Origin: Hypanus sabinus
Taxonomy: Eukaryota
NCBI RefSeq assembly: GCF_030144855.1
Contig: NC_082713.1
Location: 149,172,001 to 149,236,000, forward strand
DNA: 64,000 nucleotides
Direction: 5' to 3'
Position 1 is the first letter of the stretch, and every line of letters starts with the position of its first letter. Made by a program: the position numbers and the translations under genes. The notes beneath the pieces are model-generated. The model saw only the letters and a list, made by a program, of their open reading frames with translations, made no database searches and was not told where the DNA came from. Below are positions 1 through 12,837 of this stretch, piece by piece.

Positions 1-1699
1 ATTAAGATGTCAAGGGTCTTTTCATCTATTGCTAAATTTCCCTAGTAGAATTGATAATAATTAAAGAAAAAAGAACTGACCAGTATAAATTAAAATAAGC
101 TGAAGAACTTGAACCATTTAATTCACTTTTTTATCTGGATTAACAATCCTGTTCAAATTATTGGGGTTCTTCTACGTGCTTGTCTAAATCTGTGAAGCCA
201 GATACAAAGTGCATCCACCCCTTAAAGTTCTGTTAAATTCCAACCCTGAGCACCAAATACGGTGGCAAAGCAAGAGACAAGATGTGCTGTTATCTGCATT
301 TTTCTGACTTGGACACTGCAATACACAGAAGTGGAAATCTGGAACATGTGAAAGGCACTTGGCAAGTAGTTTTATTCTGAAGCAGTAGCAATGGGAAAAT
401 ATGCTTTGGTCCATGTTAGCCTGATATAATATCTAGTGTAATATCATATCAATGGCATATTGTATGTTGGGTTACATATTTTTAAAGTAAAAGTAATTCA
501 ATAGAAACCCTAATCTATTCACAAGATACAGATTGCGGTGCTACTGGTGTAAATTGCCTGTTGAGATTTTCTAATAGTATTTATGCTGCCCCCAGGTGGT
601 TCAGTAACTTTGTTTCCCTTACAACTCCTTTTCAATACTGGTGGCACGTGCAGCTGGTGACAGAGCAGTTTGTTGGTATTGGTATGTATCATGGCCATGA
701 TGTTTACAACAGTTGGCCAGCTGTACTGTACACGGTGATGGTGCATACAGGACATTTGCACTTGCGCAGTGCAACATAAAAGTAGAAAATGAGTGGAGGT
801 CAGTTAGTTGTTCATCTGACTTCCAGCCCTACTTTTACACCCACTATTGGGTCCAGGGGCATTCCATAAGATCTGAGCTGAGGGACTATTTACATTTTTT
901 AAAATCTGGTTCCCTGGCATTTTGCCAGTTTTAATTTTTTTTTATTGAACTGTCAGAAAGTCATCAGATTGGTCCGGAAGTAGATTTCTTGTTTTCATTG
1001 TCCCCTGAAACTCATGAAAGGACTGCAGCAGCTATTTTGGCAGTCTACTGGGAGCTGTGCAACTGTAAGTGTTTAGTTTAGCTGCTGACTGGTGTGAAGT
1101 GTTGGCTAGCATTGGCATGATCCAAACTGTTGTAAGGATGATTTGTCATCCTAAGTATCTCTCCAGCTCTATGATAGATTTCGGGAAATAGTTACTGCTT
1201 CAAATTAAAATTAAATTTCAGACCTGGACAAATCTCTTTATAGTTCAGAAACTTTGGCTTTCTGGATTCAGTTTCAAAGTTGCAACCAGGTTTTATGGAT
1301 AGTGGAGAAGATTTTCAGTGTACTAAGTATGAAACGGGCAATGGAAATGAAAATCAGTTGATTCCCATGACGAATGGGCAATTTGTATATCCAGTTTTTA
1401 CCTGAGGAATTTGTTTAAAATGTAAAATTAAATTTAAAAATGTTAAAGGTAAAAGTCTATGTTCCAGAAATACTCTTAGATAGGCACATGATAAAAGAAA
1501 AATGGAGGCTGTGTGGGAGGAAACGGTTTGATTGATCTTGGAGTAGGTTAGAAGGTCGCCACCACATTACTGTGCTGTACTGTTCAATGTTCTATGCAAC
1601 AACACATAATCCAGACAATTTAGGCAGTTGAGAAATATTATGCACTTCAAAATTTGTTCTTGGCCTGGAATTTTAGCAACCAAACTATTGTCAAATTGA

Positions 1700-2220
1700 A
1701 ACATAAAGGCATAGAAATCTACAGCACATTACTGGCCTTTCAGCCCACAATGTTGTGCTGACCTACTCTAGAAGGTGCCTAGAATTTTCCACATAGCCCT
1801 CAATTTTTCTATGCTCCATGTATCTATCTAAGAGTCTCTTAAAAGACCCTGTTGTATCCGCCTCTTAATACCTTCACTGGCAGTGCATTCCATGCAACCA
1901 CCACTCTCTGTGTGAATAACTTGCCTCTGACATCCCCCTTGTGCTTACTCCAAGCAACTTAAAACTATGCCTCTCATCATCTTGTACACCTCTATCAGGT
2001 CACCTCTCATCCTCCATCGCTCCCAGGAGAAAAGGCCAAGTTCACTCAACCTATTCTCGTAAGGCATACTCTCTATTGCAAGCAACATCCTTGTAAATCT
2101 CCTTTGCATTCTCTCTACAGAATCCACATCCTTTCTGTAATGAGGTGACCAGAGCTGAACACAGCACTCCAAGTGGGGTCTGACTAAGTTCTTAATAGCT
2201 GTAACATCACCTTATGGCTC
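1700..2220 (-). mobile_element. CR1-type LINE 3' fragment, degraded
   Basis: ORF 1945..2172 reads ECCVQLWSPHYRKDVDSVERMQRRFTRM...LGLFSWERWRMRGDLIEVYKMMRG, the typical C-terminus of CR1 ORF2. A CR1-like 3' UTR follows toward 1700. Boundaries approximate. Confidence 0.85.
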
Positions 2221-2250
2221 CTAAATGTACTTTTTATTCCTCTTCCCCAG

Positions 2251-2529
2251 AAAACAGAAACATGGGAATCTGACATAACTGAAGCAGACATGGATGAATT
2301 TATTTGGGAGAATAGTCAATCTGAGAAAAATGCTTTGAACACAATCTTCAGGATGAAAGAAGCTGAAAAAATTCCTTCAACCTCAAAAGAAGAAATTGTT
2401 AATTCACCAGAAGTAAAAAATTATAAGGAGTCTGTTGTGAACATTAAAAATGAAGGGGAAACAGAAGATAGCATTTTACAATACAAAGAATCTGTGAAAA
2501 GACTGTTGAGATTGCATGCTGCAATGTGA
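2251..2529 (+). CDS. MRPS35: Mitochondrial ribosomal protein S35, last coding exon
   Basis: Acceptor ttcctcttccccAG ends at 2250 (phase 0). The exon reads KTETWESDITEADMDEFIWENSQSEKNALNTIFRMKEAEK...YKESVVNIKNEGETEDSILQYKESVKRLL, matching the vertebrate MRPS35 C-terminus (recalled human: EADMEEYIWENSSSERN...SQYKESVKRLL). Synteny with MANSC4-KLHL42-PTHLH agrees. Upstream exons were not found in the window. Confidence 0.93.
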   Translation, partial: KTETWESDITEADMDEFIWENSQSEKNALNTIFRMKEAEKIPSTSKEEIVNSPEVKNYKESVVNIKNEGETEDSILQYKESVKRLLRLHAAM

Positions 2530-2718
2530 TCTATAAGATGTTACAGATGACATGACCAATGTATATGCAGTTGGAATATTGGTTGTACAGACTTAATCAT
2601 TAAACTTGATGACATGACATATTCATGTAAGTGGTCTTGAGAAAAATATTAGATTCTGAGTGTAAACAAATGTTCTTTACAATTGTATTTGAGTTGAAAA
2701 TATGAAGTACAGAATGTG

Positions 2719-2724
2719 AATAAA
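2719..2724 (+). terminator. Candidate MRPS35 polyadenylation signal AATAAA
   Basis: AATAAA about 190 nt after the stop, followed by T-rich sequence. Confidence 0.55.
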
Positions 2725-2913
2725 ATGTCAACTTTTATTTCGTTAATGTACAATCCATACGCTACACTCATTGCTTCTGCCCTAAACTTTTGCACCTGTT
2801 TATTTTTCTTTTCAGGTCTTTCTCTGTTAGCATGCCTGCCATTTGTATTTAATGTGTGTAATTGTGTTTTTCCACTTCTGACAGGTTCTTTGCAGTTTTT
2901 TTACATTCAAAAC

Positions 2914-3165
2914 AGGACGGCGCAGTATCGTAGTGGTTAGCACAACGCTATATGATACCAGTGACTCAGATACAGTTCCCGCTGCTATCTGTAAGGAGTT
3001 TGTACATTCTCTTCATGACTGTGTGGGTTTCTTCCGGGTGCTCAGTTTCCTTCCACAGTCCAAAGACTGTAAATTGTCTCATAATTAGGTTAGGGTTAAA
3101 TCAAAGTTTGCTGGGCTCTGCAGCTCAAATGACCACTGCACTCTGTATCTCAATAGATAAATTAA
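2914..3165 (+). mobile_element. tRNA-derived V-SINE (HE1-like)
   Basis: tRNA-like head (GGCGCAGTATCGTAGTGGTTAGCAC) followed by the V-domain GTGTGGGTTTCTTCCGGGTGCTCAGTTTCCTTCCACAGTCCAAAGA. Several related copies occur in the window. Confidence 0.8.
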
Positions 3166-4879
3166 AACAATACTATTTCTTGCTCAGACATTGGTTATTG
3201 AAATTTGTGAAAGGTTTGAAAATACCACTGAATGGCCATCAAACTAAAATATTAGCTGTGATTTGCTGTGCTTAGATGCTCTCAGATCTGCTAGTTATTT
3301 CCAGTACTTGCCATGTGTATATTTGAAAATACTGTGAAGTACAGATGAATTTTTTTTCTTCACTTGGGTGGGATGCCATTCAAGTTTTCAGGCTAAATCC
3401 TCCTCCACCCTCTATTTTGCAATACCCTGCTGTTTGTGCTTTAATGATAGCAAATGAAATCGGGAGCATTCATGTAAAGAAGCATTCTGCTGCATGTGAA
3501 GCTCTGAGATTTTAAATTTAGGATATGGATTTTTCAAGTTTTTATGTAAATGTAATCAGTTTTATAAATAATAAAGCTTTCATTTGGAATTGGAAGATTA
3601 TATCATAAAGGAATAGTTATTAATACAAAGTGAAGTGAGGATGACATACTAAGAATATTGTTATGAATTTCAATTGTTTTTTTAAAAATAGATTTCTTGA
3701 ACCGGAGAAAGTTACAAATGTTGTGCCAAGCAAGCATGGATACATCTGATACTATTCACCATCAAAATGATTTTTAACTGATCTCCACTTTTATTAATGT
3801 TGATTTCTGTTTTTATTAATGGATTTTGTTAGTGAAAGCGCTTTATTATTTGCTCTTGCATCTGTACATTAAGATTCTCAAAACAAATTATTTTATGAAC
3901 TGATCAAATTTAGCATTCTCCTTTTCAAATGTATGTCTTTTATCAAGGAAACACTCAATTCCAGTAAAATGGATTATTCAGAACCAAAGCTACAAATAAG
4001 AGAACCAAAAGAAAACTTCCACCATTCAGCTTCAGGTTAAGAACCAAAGCTTTCTCTTTAGTCTGAATGCAATACAGAATTAAATCTTTTCATTTGTTTG
4101 AGAAGTACAAAAACATTCTGAAGATGTGTGACTCTTCCACTTACCTCAATTTATTTATTTAGGCAGGATGGAGGCTATTCAAGCTTGGTTTTTCTGAAGT
4201 TACAGCCTGTTTATTTCGTGTAAGATGATACCTCAAAAGCAGTGTGCAGGAATAGTGCTTTTAAATAGAGATGACTTGTAAGTTTTTATTTAAAGTACAA
4301 CCAGGTAATTGTGAATAGCATGCAAGGTTTATCAAATATTTTAAAAATTTACAACTGAAAGATTTAAGTATTTGTCATAGGTATTAGCTTTCCTACATTG
4401 TATATACCTTATAAAAATCTCAAATATAAATCTTAGATTCCTGTGCTAAATACCACCCAGTTGATACATTCCTATTCAACTTCTGGATTCTGGTAGCAAA
4501 AAATACTGTACTTCATTGTTACAATTGTTTCATTCTTTGGAGGATGTCAGAAATTCAACATGGTAACAACTCAGCTCCTGTCAAACCTTACGTAACAACA
4601 AAATGATCAATATATACCCTGCATGTTGATCTTCCCTTATTTTCTCCAACTTTAAAAGCCACTTCCCACAAACAGTTTAATTAAGCATCTAGTTTGCAAA
4701 ATATCTTCTTTGGAAAAGCTTGGTATTGAAGTTATGGTGATAGGTAAGCAAAGTAACCATTGTTACTTAGTTTATTGAGAAAACAGGAAGGTAGTTTCAA
4801 TTACAGTGTTGGATTTTGCAGCATGATGGTGCAAGAAACTTTTTCATTCCTACAATGGATTGCATCTTCTTGCATTGCC

Positions 4880-5110
4880 CAAGGGTGATTAGTGCTTTAC
4901 AGTTCAGATGACCAGGGTTCAATTCCCGCCATTGCCTGTAAGGAGCTTTACATTCTCCCCATGACTGCATGGGTTTCCTCCGGGTGCTCTGGTTTCCTCC
5001 CATGGCTGGTAAATTGCCCCGTTATTAGGCTAGGATTAAACTGGGGATTGCTGGGTGGTGTGTCTTGAAGGGCCCACTCAATGCTGGATTTCAATAAAAC
5101 CAATAAATAA
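4880..5110 (+). mobile_element. V-SINE copy
   Basis: B-box-like GGGTTCAATTCCC, V-domain GCATGGGTTTCCTCCGGGTGCTCTGGTTTCCTCCCA and an A-rich tail. Confidence 0.8.
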
Positions 5111-6092
5111 AGAAAATCAACTAGAAGAGTTTGAAAGGTTACTTGACTTTTCAGAAATGTAATATTTTCATATATGTTCTGACTTATGTTTTCTACATGG
5201 AAATCCAGATTCTGTTTGTGAAGTGTTAATGTGAACACTTTTACAACATTAATAGCATTTTCAGGTATTTTGGAGAAATATGTGAAAAAGCATTCCTGTA
5301 GTTCTAGGTAAAACTATATAGCTTCTGGGTCTTATTTTCATTATCCATTCGAGTTAATTAAGTACCCTACACCATACTCAATAACCTTTATGAATCTTAC
5401 TTGAAACTCATAAGTGGCAGCCAGTTATGTTTGCAATTCAGGTATCTGGCTCTGCAGTGAAGAACAGATTTCACTTAGTCTCCTGTCTCTTTCAGTCATT
5501 TAATTTTCCCACTGACCAATATTCTTCAGACTTTGTTTTAAACAATTCTATTATTATTTACAAGAAATTATGTATTATTTTTCTTGAAGACTGTTAATTC
5601 TTTGTGAAATTTGTGGCACAGAATGCTACTATAACAAGACTCCACAAAATATTTAATGTCTGAGGCTAATAATTGCAAGCTCTTCAAACATTGTGTAAGA
5701 TTGTAAATATTAAGTATTTGAATTTATAACTTAATTTATTTTGAAAGTAGGTATTTAACATCAGCCAGGTGTTTAGCTTTTCCTTTTTACTGTCATGTAA
5801 ATTTGTTGTGAAACATAAATGAAAAAATCCTTTTAGAGATGAAGCATATTCTACTTCAGTAGTGACATAATGATTTAATTTTCTGTTCATCTAAAGATAT
5901 GGATGTAATTTAATTGATGCAGCCCCTACCGCTCAGTTTCTATAATTTTGATAATAATGTTACTATCTATGATAGTAAATTATCAAGCCCTGATAGATAT
6001 ACATTAAAGAGTTACAAAATAGAGTAGATCAAACACATTGAAAGCAAAGGGTTCAAATAATATAAAACAAATGCTGTCATATTTGTGTTATA

Positions 6093-6618
6093 CAGGTGTC
6101 CCCGCTTTACGAAAGTTCGCTTTACGTCGCTTCGCTTCTATGAAAGACCTACATTAGTACCTGGTTTCACTAACCAAAAGAAATCCAAAGAGGATTTTCG
6201 CTTTTACGAAAAAAGGTGCCCGCTTTAAACTTTTGTTTACCCCGAGAAAGACTACCACGACTGTGAAGCCTTGTGCGAGCAGGTGTGTGTGCATATGTGT
6301 ACATACTGATCTTTTTCTACAAATTGGTTTTAGCTAAATCTTCTGGATTCTGTTAAGTGAAACGACATTGTACATACATTATTACTTCTTTATATAGGCT
6401 GTGTATTTATCATATCATTCCTGCTTTTACTATATGTTAGTGTTATTTTAGGTTTTATGTGCTATTTGGTATGATTTGGTAGGTTACTTTTTGGGTCTGG
6501 GAACGCTCAAAAAATTTCCCCATATAAATTAATGGTAATTGCTTCTTCGCTTTACATCATTTCAGCTAACAAAAGGTTTCATAGGAACGCTCTACTTTCG
6601 TATAGTGGGGGAATCCTG
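6093..6618. mobile_element. Tc1/mariner-superfamily (pogo/Tigger-like) MITE, 526 bp
   Basis: Terminal inverted repeats CAGGTGTCCCCGCTTTACGAAAGT ... ACTTTCGTATAGTGGGGGAATCCTG, flanked by TA on both sides (6091-92 and 6619-20). No transposase ORF. Confidence 0.88.
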
Positions 6619-7047
6619 TATCTCGATATTTGTTGGTATTTACATATAAACTATGCAAAAAGTGTGAACTTTTCAGTATTTAAAATTATCTCAAAATATT
6701 AACTATTTCTTTCCCTTACTGGTGCTCAACCCACTGAGTTGCACCAACAGATTGTTTGTTGCCCCACATTTCAGCATCTACAGTCTCTTGTGTCTCCATT
6801 TTAAGAGAATAATTGTTCAGAACCAAAGTGACATTCCTTTTTTTTCAAATACTGGGTAAAATACAAACTACAGCAAATGTTCTCAATACAAAGTGGAGCC
6901 ATTTTCCCAGGAAAAATTGATCGTAACATATTAGTTGCATAAAATTACATGAGTGATCACCAAGATTTATTGGCAATAGAATTATAAAATCCACTCCTGC
7001 TGGCTGTCGGCTGTTTATTATATGCAACCATTTGTTTTAACTGTCAC

Positions 7048-7775
7048 AAGTTTAAGTTCAAGTTCAATTGTCATTCAACCATAGGAGTACCCATGAATAC
7101 AGTCAAATAAAACAATGTTACTCTGGGGCCAAGGTACAAAATACAGTGCCAACAGTCATACACAGCAAAAGGTGCACACAGCTCATATAAGAGAGCAGTA
7201 AAATACAATCGCACAAAAAAAATAGTCCAAGTCCCTGAATCCAAGAATGTTGCAGCAGTTTGCAGTCGAACACAATACAGCTCATCTCCTGCCAAGTGGA
7301 CGTGGGGGGCAATACTGATTCCAGCATGGTCTCTGCCTCCAGCACTTGGGTGGAATGTCCAGCCTGCCCCTGGGTGGCTGAAACAGGCAACACTTGTGTG
7401 AGGCCTAGTCCTTGCTATGAAAAAGACTGAGGCTACACAGCTCCCCCTCCATAAATTGGGTTTACAGCATTCCACACCACCAATATCCAACAGGGTCTTG
7501 TGATCAGAAGAAATGTGATTAAGATTATCACTTGCTGTTACAATGCACATCTTCTTTGCACACTGACACTTCTCTTGTCACAGGCAGTATTACAGCCCAT
7601 GCCAAGTCCACCTCCTTGAGCTTCTCTGCCAACAAGCAACTTGTTGCTCCGGTAGACCTGCAGTATTAAGTCTAGCAAGCAATAGTATCGCAATAGTAAA
7701 AACATACACTTAAAAAGGCAATAACACATTTGGCTGACCCCGTAGAAGCTGCTGCATCTGAATGCACTGCCATCA
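7048..7775 (-). mobile_element. Non-autonomous retroelement/SINE-like repeat with (TTGAAC)n tail
   Basis: The minus strand ends in TTGAACTTGAACTTAAACTT, the same tail type as the Rex1-like fragments elsewhere in the window. No recognisable coding region. Confidence 0.45.
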
Positions 7776-7989
7776 TACCAAATAATACAAGGTTATACTT
7801 TGAGTCTTTGAATGGCAAAGTTACAGATTCATAATAAATTCAAAACATCTGAAAATAAATGTTAAATATTATCTGGAAGATGTTGTTCTAAGTGTTTCGT
7901 ATGTTCATGTTTTTGAAGAACTACTCGGTGAGAGTTAAAATGGGAATTGAGAAATGTGTTATTGAAATCCCCGAGTACTGGTCTACCTG

Positions 7990-8538
7990 ATACCTCAAAT
8001 AGGGTCTCTATCTTCTGAGGAGACTGAGGTCCTTTAATATCTGCCAGGCGATGCTGAGGATGTTCTACGAGTCTGTGGTGGCCAGTGCTATCATGTTTGC
8101 TGTTATGTACTGGGGCAACAAGCTCATTCGCAAGGCCAGTGATGATGTGGGGGTGGAACTGGACTCTAACGGTGGTGTCTGAAAAGAGGATGCTGTCCCA
8201 GTTGCGTGTCATCTTGGATAATGTCTCCCATCCACTCCATAATATACTGGTTGGCACAGGAGTACATTCAGCCTGAGACTCATTCCACTGAGATGCAACA
8301 CTGAGCATCATTGGAAGTCATTCTTGCCTGGCGCCATCAAACTTTACAACTCCTCCCTCGGAGTGTCAGACACCCTGAGCCAATAGTCTGGTCTTGGACT
8401 TATTTCCACTTGGCATAGTTTACTTATTATCATTTAATTATTTCTGGTTTAATTTTGCTATATTTCTACTCTATTCTTGGTTGGTGCAACTGTAACAAAA
8501 CTCAATTTCCCTCGGGATCAATAAAGTATGTCTGTCTG
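7990..8538 (+). mobile_element. Rex1/Babar-type LINE 3' fragment
   Basis: Degenerate MLRMFYESVVASAI...; VVSEKRMLSQLRVILDNVSHPLH; 3' end CCCTCGGGATCAATAAAGTATGTCTGTCTG, as in Rex1-type elements. Confidence 0.8.
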
Positions 8539-10089
8539 TAAAACCTGGTTGAGGTAAGTCAAATATTATACAAAGTGAAAATATTCCACAAAAACCTATT
8601 CAGCATTCTTTTTATTCATGCAATAGGAAAGTAGGCAAGCTAATATTCTTAAGGATTCAGAGAAAAAGAATCTGCTGTGTCGCTCATTTTAAATATCAGT
8701 TTTACATCTTCAAAGTTTTAACATTTTAATCATGGTTTCAGTCTCCAGATCACTGAAAAAGCTGGAGAGACTTAGATGTTTTTAAAGGTTATTGAAGATG
8801 CCACTTTATTTGGTTTTCTGAGTCTAAACATCTTCAAGGCTTTTAACTTCAAAAAATTTTTCTGTGTTGGTATTCAATAGCAAAACAGGATCATTTAATT
8901 TTTGTTTAATGTACAAAATGTGCCTGAATAGCAGCTACACAAATAATAAGGTGGAAACTTCAATTTATTAATTTACAAAAATGTCAAATCTATCATCTGG
9001 TCTACTGCAAGAGCCTACAAGCAATTGTGAGCACTACTGAGGGGATCATTTGGGTCTTTCTTCCACCTTCCTGAGATACCTATCAGGAGCACTGCATAAG
9101 CAAGCCCCTTAGCATAGTCAAGACTCCATCCCACAGTCTCTTTCACACCCTCCAATGAGGCAGGAGGTAATGTAGCATTATAACAAGGACTGTTATAATG
9201 GGAAACAGCTTCTTCTCCCAGAACTCCCTGTCACCACACAAATCTCATCATCTATGAAGTGCCACTAATGTGGTATGTAAAAGATATATGTTTATTTAGG
9301 TATTCTGAGATGAGATCCTTATAGGTGAAGAGGGAGACTTCCTTATAAGTTCTGCTTTTCTGCTATTCCCAAGTATTTTTAAACTATTTCTTACAAAGAG
9401 TTTGAGGAAAGAATGTAACTCAATCTCACTTAACCTCCCAGCTGTATAAACCATGTAGTTGAAATAAAAACAGAAACTACAGGTTAAAACCTATCAGATC
9501 AGCATCCATGGAAAGGGAAACTGAGTCAACATTTCAGGTCTTTTACCAGAACTGGGAATGTGAAGAAACAAGTTAGTCTTAAGTTGTACAAAGGATGGGG
9601 AGCTATGTGTAGGATACACGGAATAACTCTGAACCAAGAGGGAGCAGGGCTGCTCAGGTAACTTCAGAAATGAGAGAGCCATCTAGTTGATTAGTTAATG
9701 ATGGCAGTTAGAAAGAGAAGAAAAAAGAATAAAAGGACTTGTAAACACCGTCACGTGCTGTTGCTGAGTTCTGAATTCAAAATGGGAATGCTGGAAATTT
9801 CCTGCAAATCATGCAGCACCTGCAGATGGAAGAAGTGATTTAAAATTCTTTGTAAATAACATTACAGCTAACAAAAGAGGTTGCAAAGTGCGTAGACGAA
9901 AGAAGAAATTATGTTCCTTAAATTTACATTAAGCTTAATGGGAAAAGTGCTGAAGCCACAGAAAGATAGGATTGGGTTACAAACTTTAAGTGCCAGGCAA
10001 CCAGAAGCTCAGCACTGATGTTATAGTCGGCAAAGTAATCACTCAATCTCCAATAAGAATCTCTACTGTAGAAGAGCGCAATGAATAAA

Positions 10090-10503
10090 TGTTACCAGGT
10101 TCGGATATGGCACAAGTGCGAAGTGAGAGAAACTGAAGTGGGTCGACATTTCACTGACTTTAATGCAAACAATGTTAAAGGTAAAAGAAAACAATAAACA
10201 CTAGGCCAAACAATGCCATTAACTAGGCTCTCGAATGAAAAACGAAGCCTACAATGCAGCTGAAAAGAACAACTAAGAATAAAACAAATGCCATTAATCT
10301 TCAGAGTCAGTCCAATTTCTCAGGCAAGGCCGAAGGCAAACAGGCAGTGAATTGTTACTGTGCTGTGTCCAAGTCTCGACAAATACTATGACAGAATGAA
10401 TGGAGTTAAATACTATCACAATAAAATAGTAATTAGCTGACACGTGCATATTCACGAGCGCAATTGCCATATCTGCTGCACTGCCGAATCTGTGGTTGTG
10501 ACA
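10090..10503 (-). mobile_element. Solo LTR, 414 bp
   Basis: Starts TGTTAC and ends GTGACA (TG...CA, short inverted termini). Perfect 5-bp TSD ATAAA at 10085-89 and 10504-08. On the minus strand there is a TATTTAA TATA-like box and an ATTAAA (plus tttaat 10159-64) about 70 nt before the end. Confidence 0.82.
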
Positions 10504-10574
10504 ATAAATTGGAAGGAGTAGAAGGAAATCTCTGCTTCAACTGAAAGGACTGGTTAGGTACACAGGAGACAACT

Positions 10575-11102
10575 GAGATTGCAGAAGTTGGAATCTGAAG
10601 CAAAAATAAAAACTAAAAGCTGGAGGAAGTCAGCAGTCAGGCAGTATCTGTGGAAGGAAATGCGAAGAGTCAAGGTTTTGGGTGGAGACCTTCCACCTGG
10701 ACTGAAAGAGGGTAGATAGCCAGAATAAAAAGATGAGAAGAGGTGGAGCAAAAGGGATAATTAAATCCAGGTGAGGTGGGGTGATAGATGAGGCAGGGAA
10801 GAGAGGAAGTAGTGATGGAGGCTGGGAGGTGACAGGTGGAGGTAACAAAGGGCTGCAGATGATGGAATCTGAGAGGAAAGAAAGTTAGAGCATGGAACAA
10901 AGTAATGAGGTAGAGAGATCAGATGGGAAAAGTAAAGGAGGAATGAAGAAGGATGCTGGGAGGGTGTGGTGGATATGGGAGATATGTGTGTAGTACGAAC
11001 AAGACAAGGGACGGGAGGAACAAGTTACTTGAAAATGGAGATTTCAATGTTCATGCTGTCAGGTTCTGGACAACTTTGCTGGAATATTAGGTGCTATTCC
11101 AT
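10575..11102 (-). mobile_element. Penelope-like element 3' fragment (end of GIY-YIG ORF, pyrimidine-rich UTR, terminal module)
   Basis: The minus strand near 11025-11100 translates E*HLIFQQSCPEPDSMNIEISIFK*, matching the recalled PLE C-terminal motif EQHLIFRLGxLQPDGMNIxFS. It is followed by a CT-rich tract and the shared terminus ...GATGCTGCCTGAC...CTCCAGC...TTCCAACTTCTGCA. Confidence 0.75.
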
Positions 11103-11795
11103 TGGATTCCTGGATGATGGAAAGGAATAAAGTTAAAGACCAAGTGTTGCAACCCTCAATCATGACCTAAACTCGTGTGTGTGTGTGTAAGATTTGCACA
11201 TTCTCATGATCTTGTGTGTTTCTTCTGGGTGTTTTGGTTTTGCCCCATATCCCAAAAGACATGAGCTGGCACTTTAATTAGTTACGATAAGTTACCCCTA
11301 TTGTGTTGTTGAACGGTGGAATCTGGGAGGAGGGGAGGAGTTGATGGGAATGTGGCAAGGAAAGAAAATAGATTTAGTATAAGATTAAAATGCTTGTTGG
11401 TTGACACAATTTCCTTGAAAAAATCATTTAACTTTTCATTTACATAATTTAAGCTATCATACTTTTGACAAAAATGTTATTCTGCAGCACTTTAAAATGG
11501 GATAATTGGCAAGTTTAATGTAGGTAATATCAGGTTTTGTTCATACTGAACATGAAACTGGTGTACATGACATTTAAGATAAATCTGATAATCAGTTATC
11601 AATCGTATTATTTTCCTTTGATGTCTAAATAATGGCAAGGATATAGTAAATATTTTGCACTTTATTTTCTTTGAAGATGTGTGTGGGTTACATGATGAAA
11701 TTGTGCAGTACATCTTGTGTCATACAGTAAATGACATCTTACTCAATTTAAATTTCAACCTAAGTCATAATGAAAAATAGCTTAATATTCATTAA

Positions 11796-11920
11796 CACAA
11801 AAGATTCTGTAGATGCTAGAAACTGGGAGCAACACACAAAATTCTGGAAGAGTTCAGCAGGTCAGCACCTTCTATGGAAGGGGAATAAATAGTTAATGGT
11901 TTGGGCTGAAACCCAACAGG
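11796..11920 (-). mobile_element. Short PLE-derived insertion (terminal module, truncated within the hammerhead region)
   Basis: AGATTCTGTAGATGCTAGAAA...ACACACAAAATTCTGGAAGAGTTCAGCAGGTCAGCA. Flanked by AATATTCATTAA (11784-95) and AATATTTATTAA (11921-32), a 12-bp TSD with 1 mismatch. Confidence 0.8.
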
Positions 11921-12837
11921 AATATTTATTAAGGCTAATATCTGTTCCAACATATCAGACAAAGAAAGCAAAAATAAATTTCTTAGCTTTTCACCCTTTT
12001 TATTTCCTATGGATAAATTATGAAACATTCTAAAGCAATGTATCATATGCATTTTATTATTCACTGAAAATATATGTACCTCATATTTCCAAATTATTTG
12101 AGATTTTTGTGTCAGAATATGCACATTTTCCCGATGCCACTGCTTTCCATTATTTTAGGGCCAATAACAGTGGAATCAGGATTACAATTCACTTCCACTT
12201 TGGATTACAGTGTTATAAATTTAGATAAAAATTCAAAATGGTTCCTTTTTACGAAGTGCTTTTTTTCTCTTACCAGTGTATACACAGAAGCATCATTGCA
12301 TCTAATTCAGTTACCAAAACTAATTGGAAATGTTGTTGTTTGGGTAATTAGTTAATGATTTCATTAAAAGAATTAGAAAAGATTGTATAAATAAACTCAT
12401 TGCTTGCAGAGAAAGCCTTCATATACATGCACTGATAAATGAGTAATTTTGGATGGGCTGCTATTCCTAGAATTGTCTAATAAAGGTTATGTCATGCATG
12501 CGCTAAAACAGAAAATGTGATGTTTTCTTTAAGCTTCCTTTGGAACAGGTATTTTGCATGGCTTTTCTCGCAGGAATTCTGTGTTCATGTAAAGTGCTGA
12601 CTCTGCTGATTGTCTCGACAAAGTGTAACAACACATTTTACGTAGGGGAAAGGTAAAATTATTGGAAACAGCTTCTGAAGTTTTTGCGTATAACTGGGCA
12701 GATGGCAAGGTCAGGGATTCTAATCGGTCCTATAGAGTTTAATCTTGAATGCCAAATTTTCTATCGACAAGTTTCAGGACATGGAATTTTAGCACTAGGT
12801 CAAAAAATAGAGCATTCTTTGAATATTGTCAGTTCAT

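Noticed and set aside
184-934. Short ORFs as upstream MRPS35 exons
   Set aside because: None resembles the MRPS35 sequence expected before the last exon. Treated as intron.
2914-2990. tRNA gene
   Set aside because: It is the degenerate tRNA-derived head of a V-SINE and no full cloverleaf can be drawn. The same applies to the other SINE heads.
7071-7550. 159-aa ORF as a novel gene
   Set aside because: Lies within a repeat with a LINE-type tail; no domain or exon signals.
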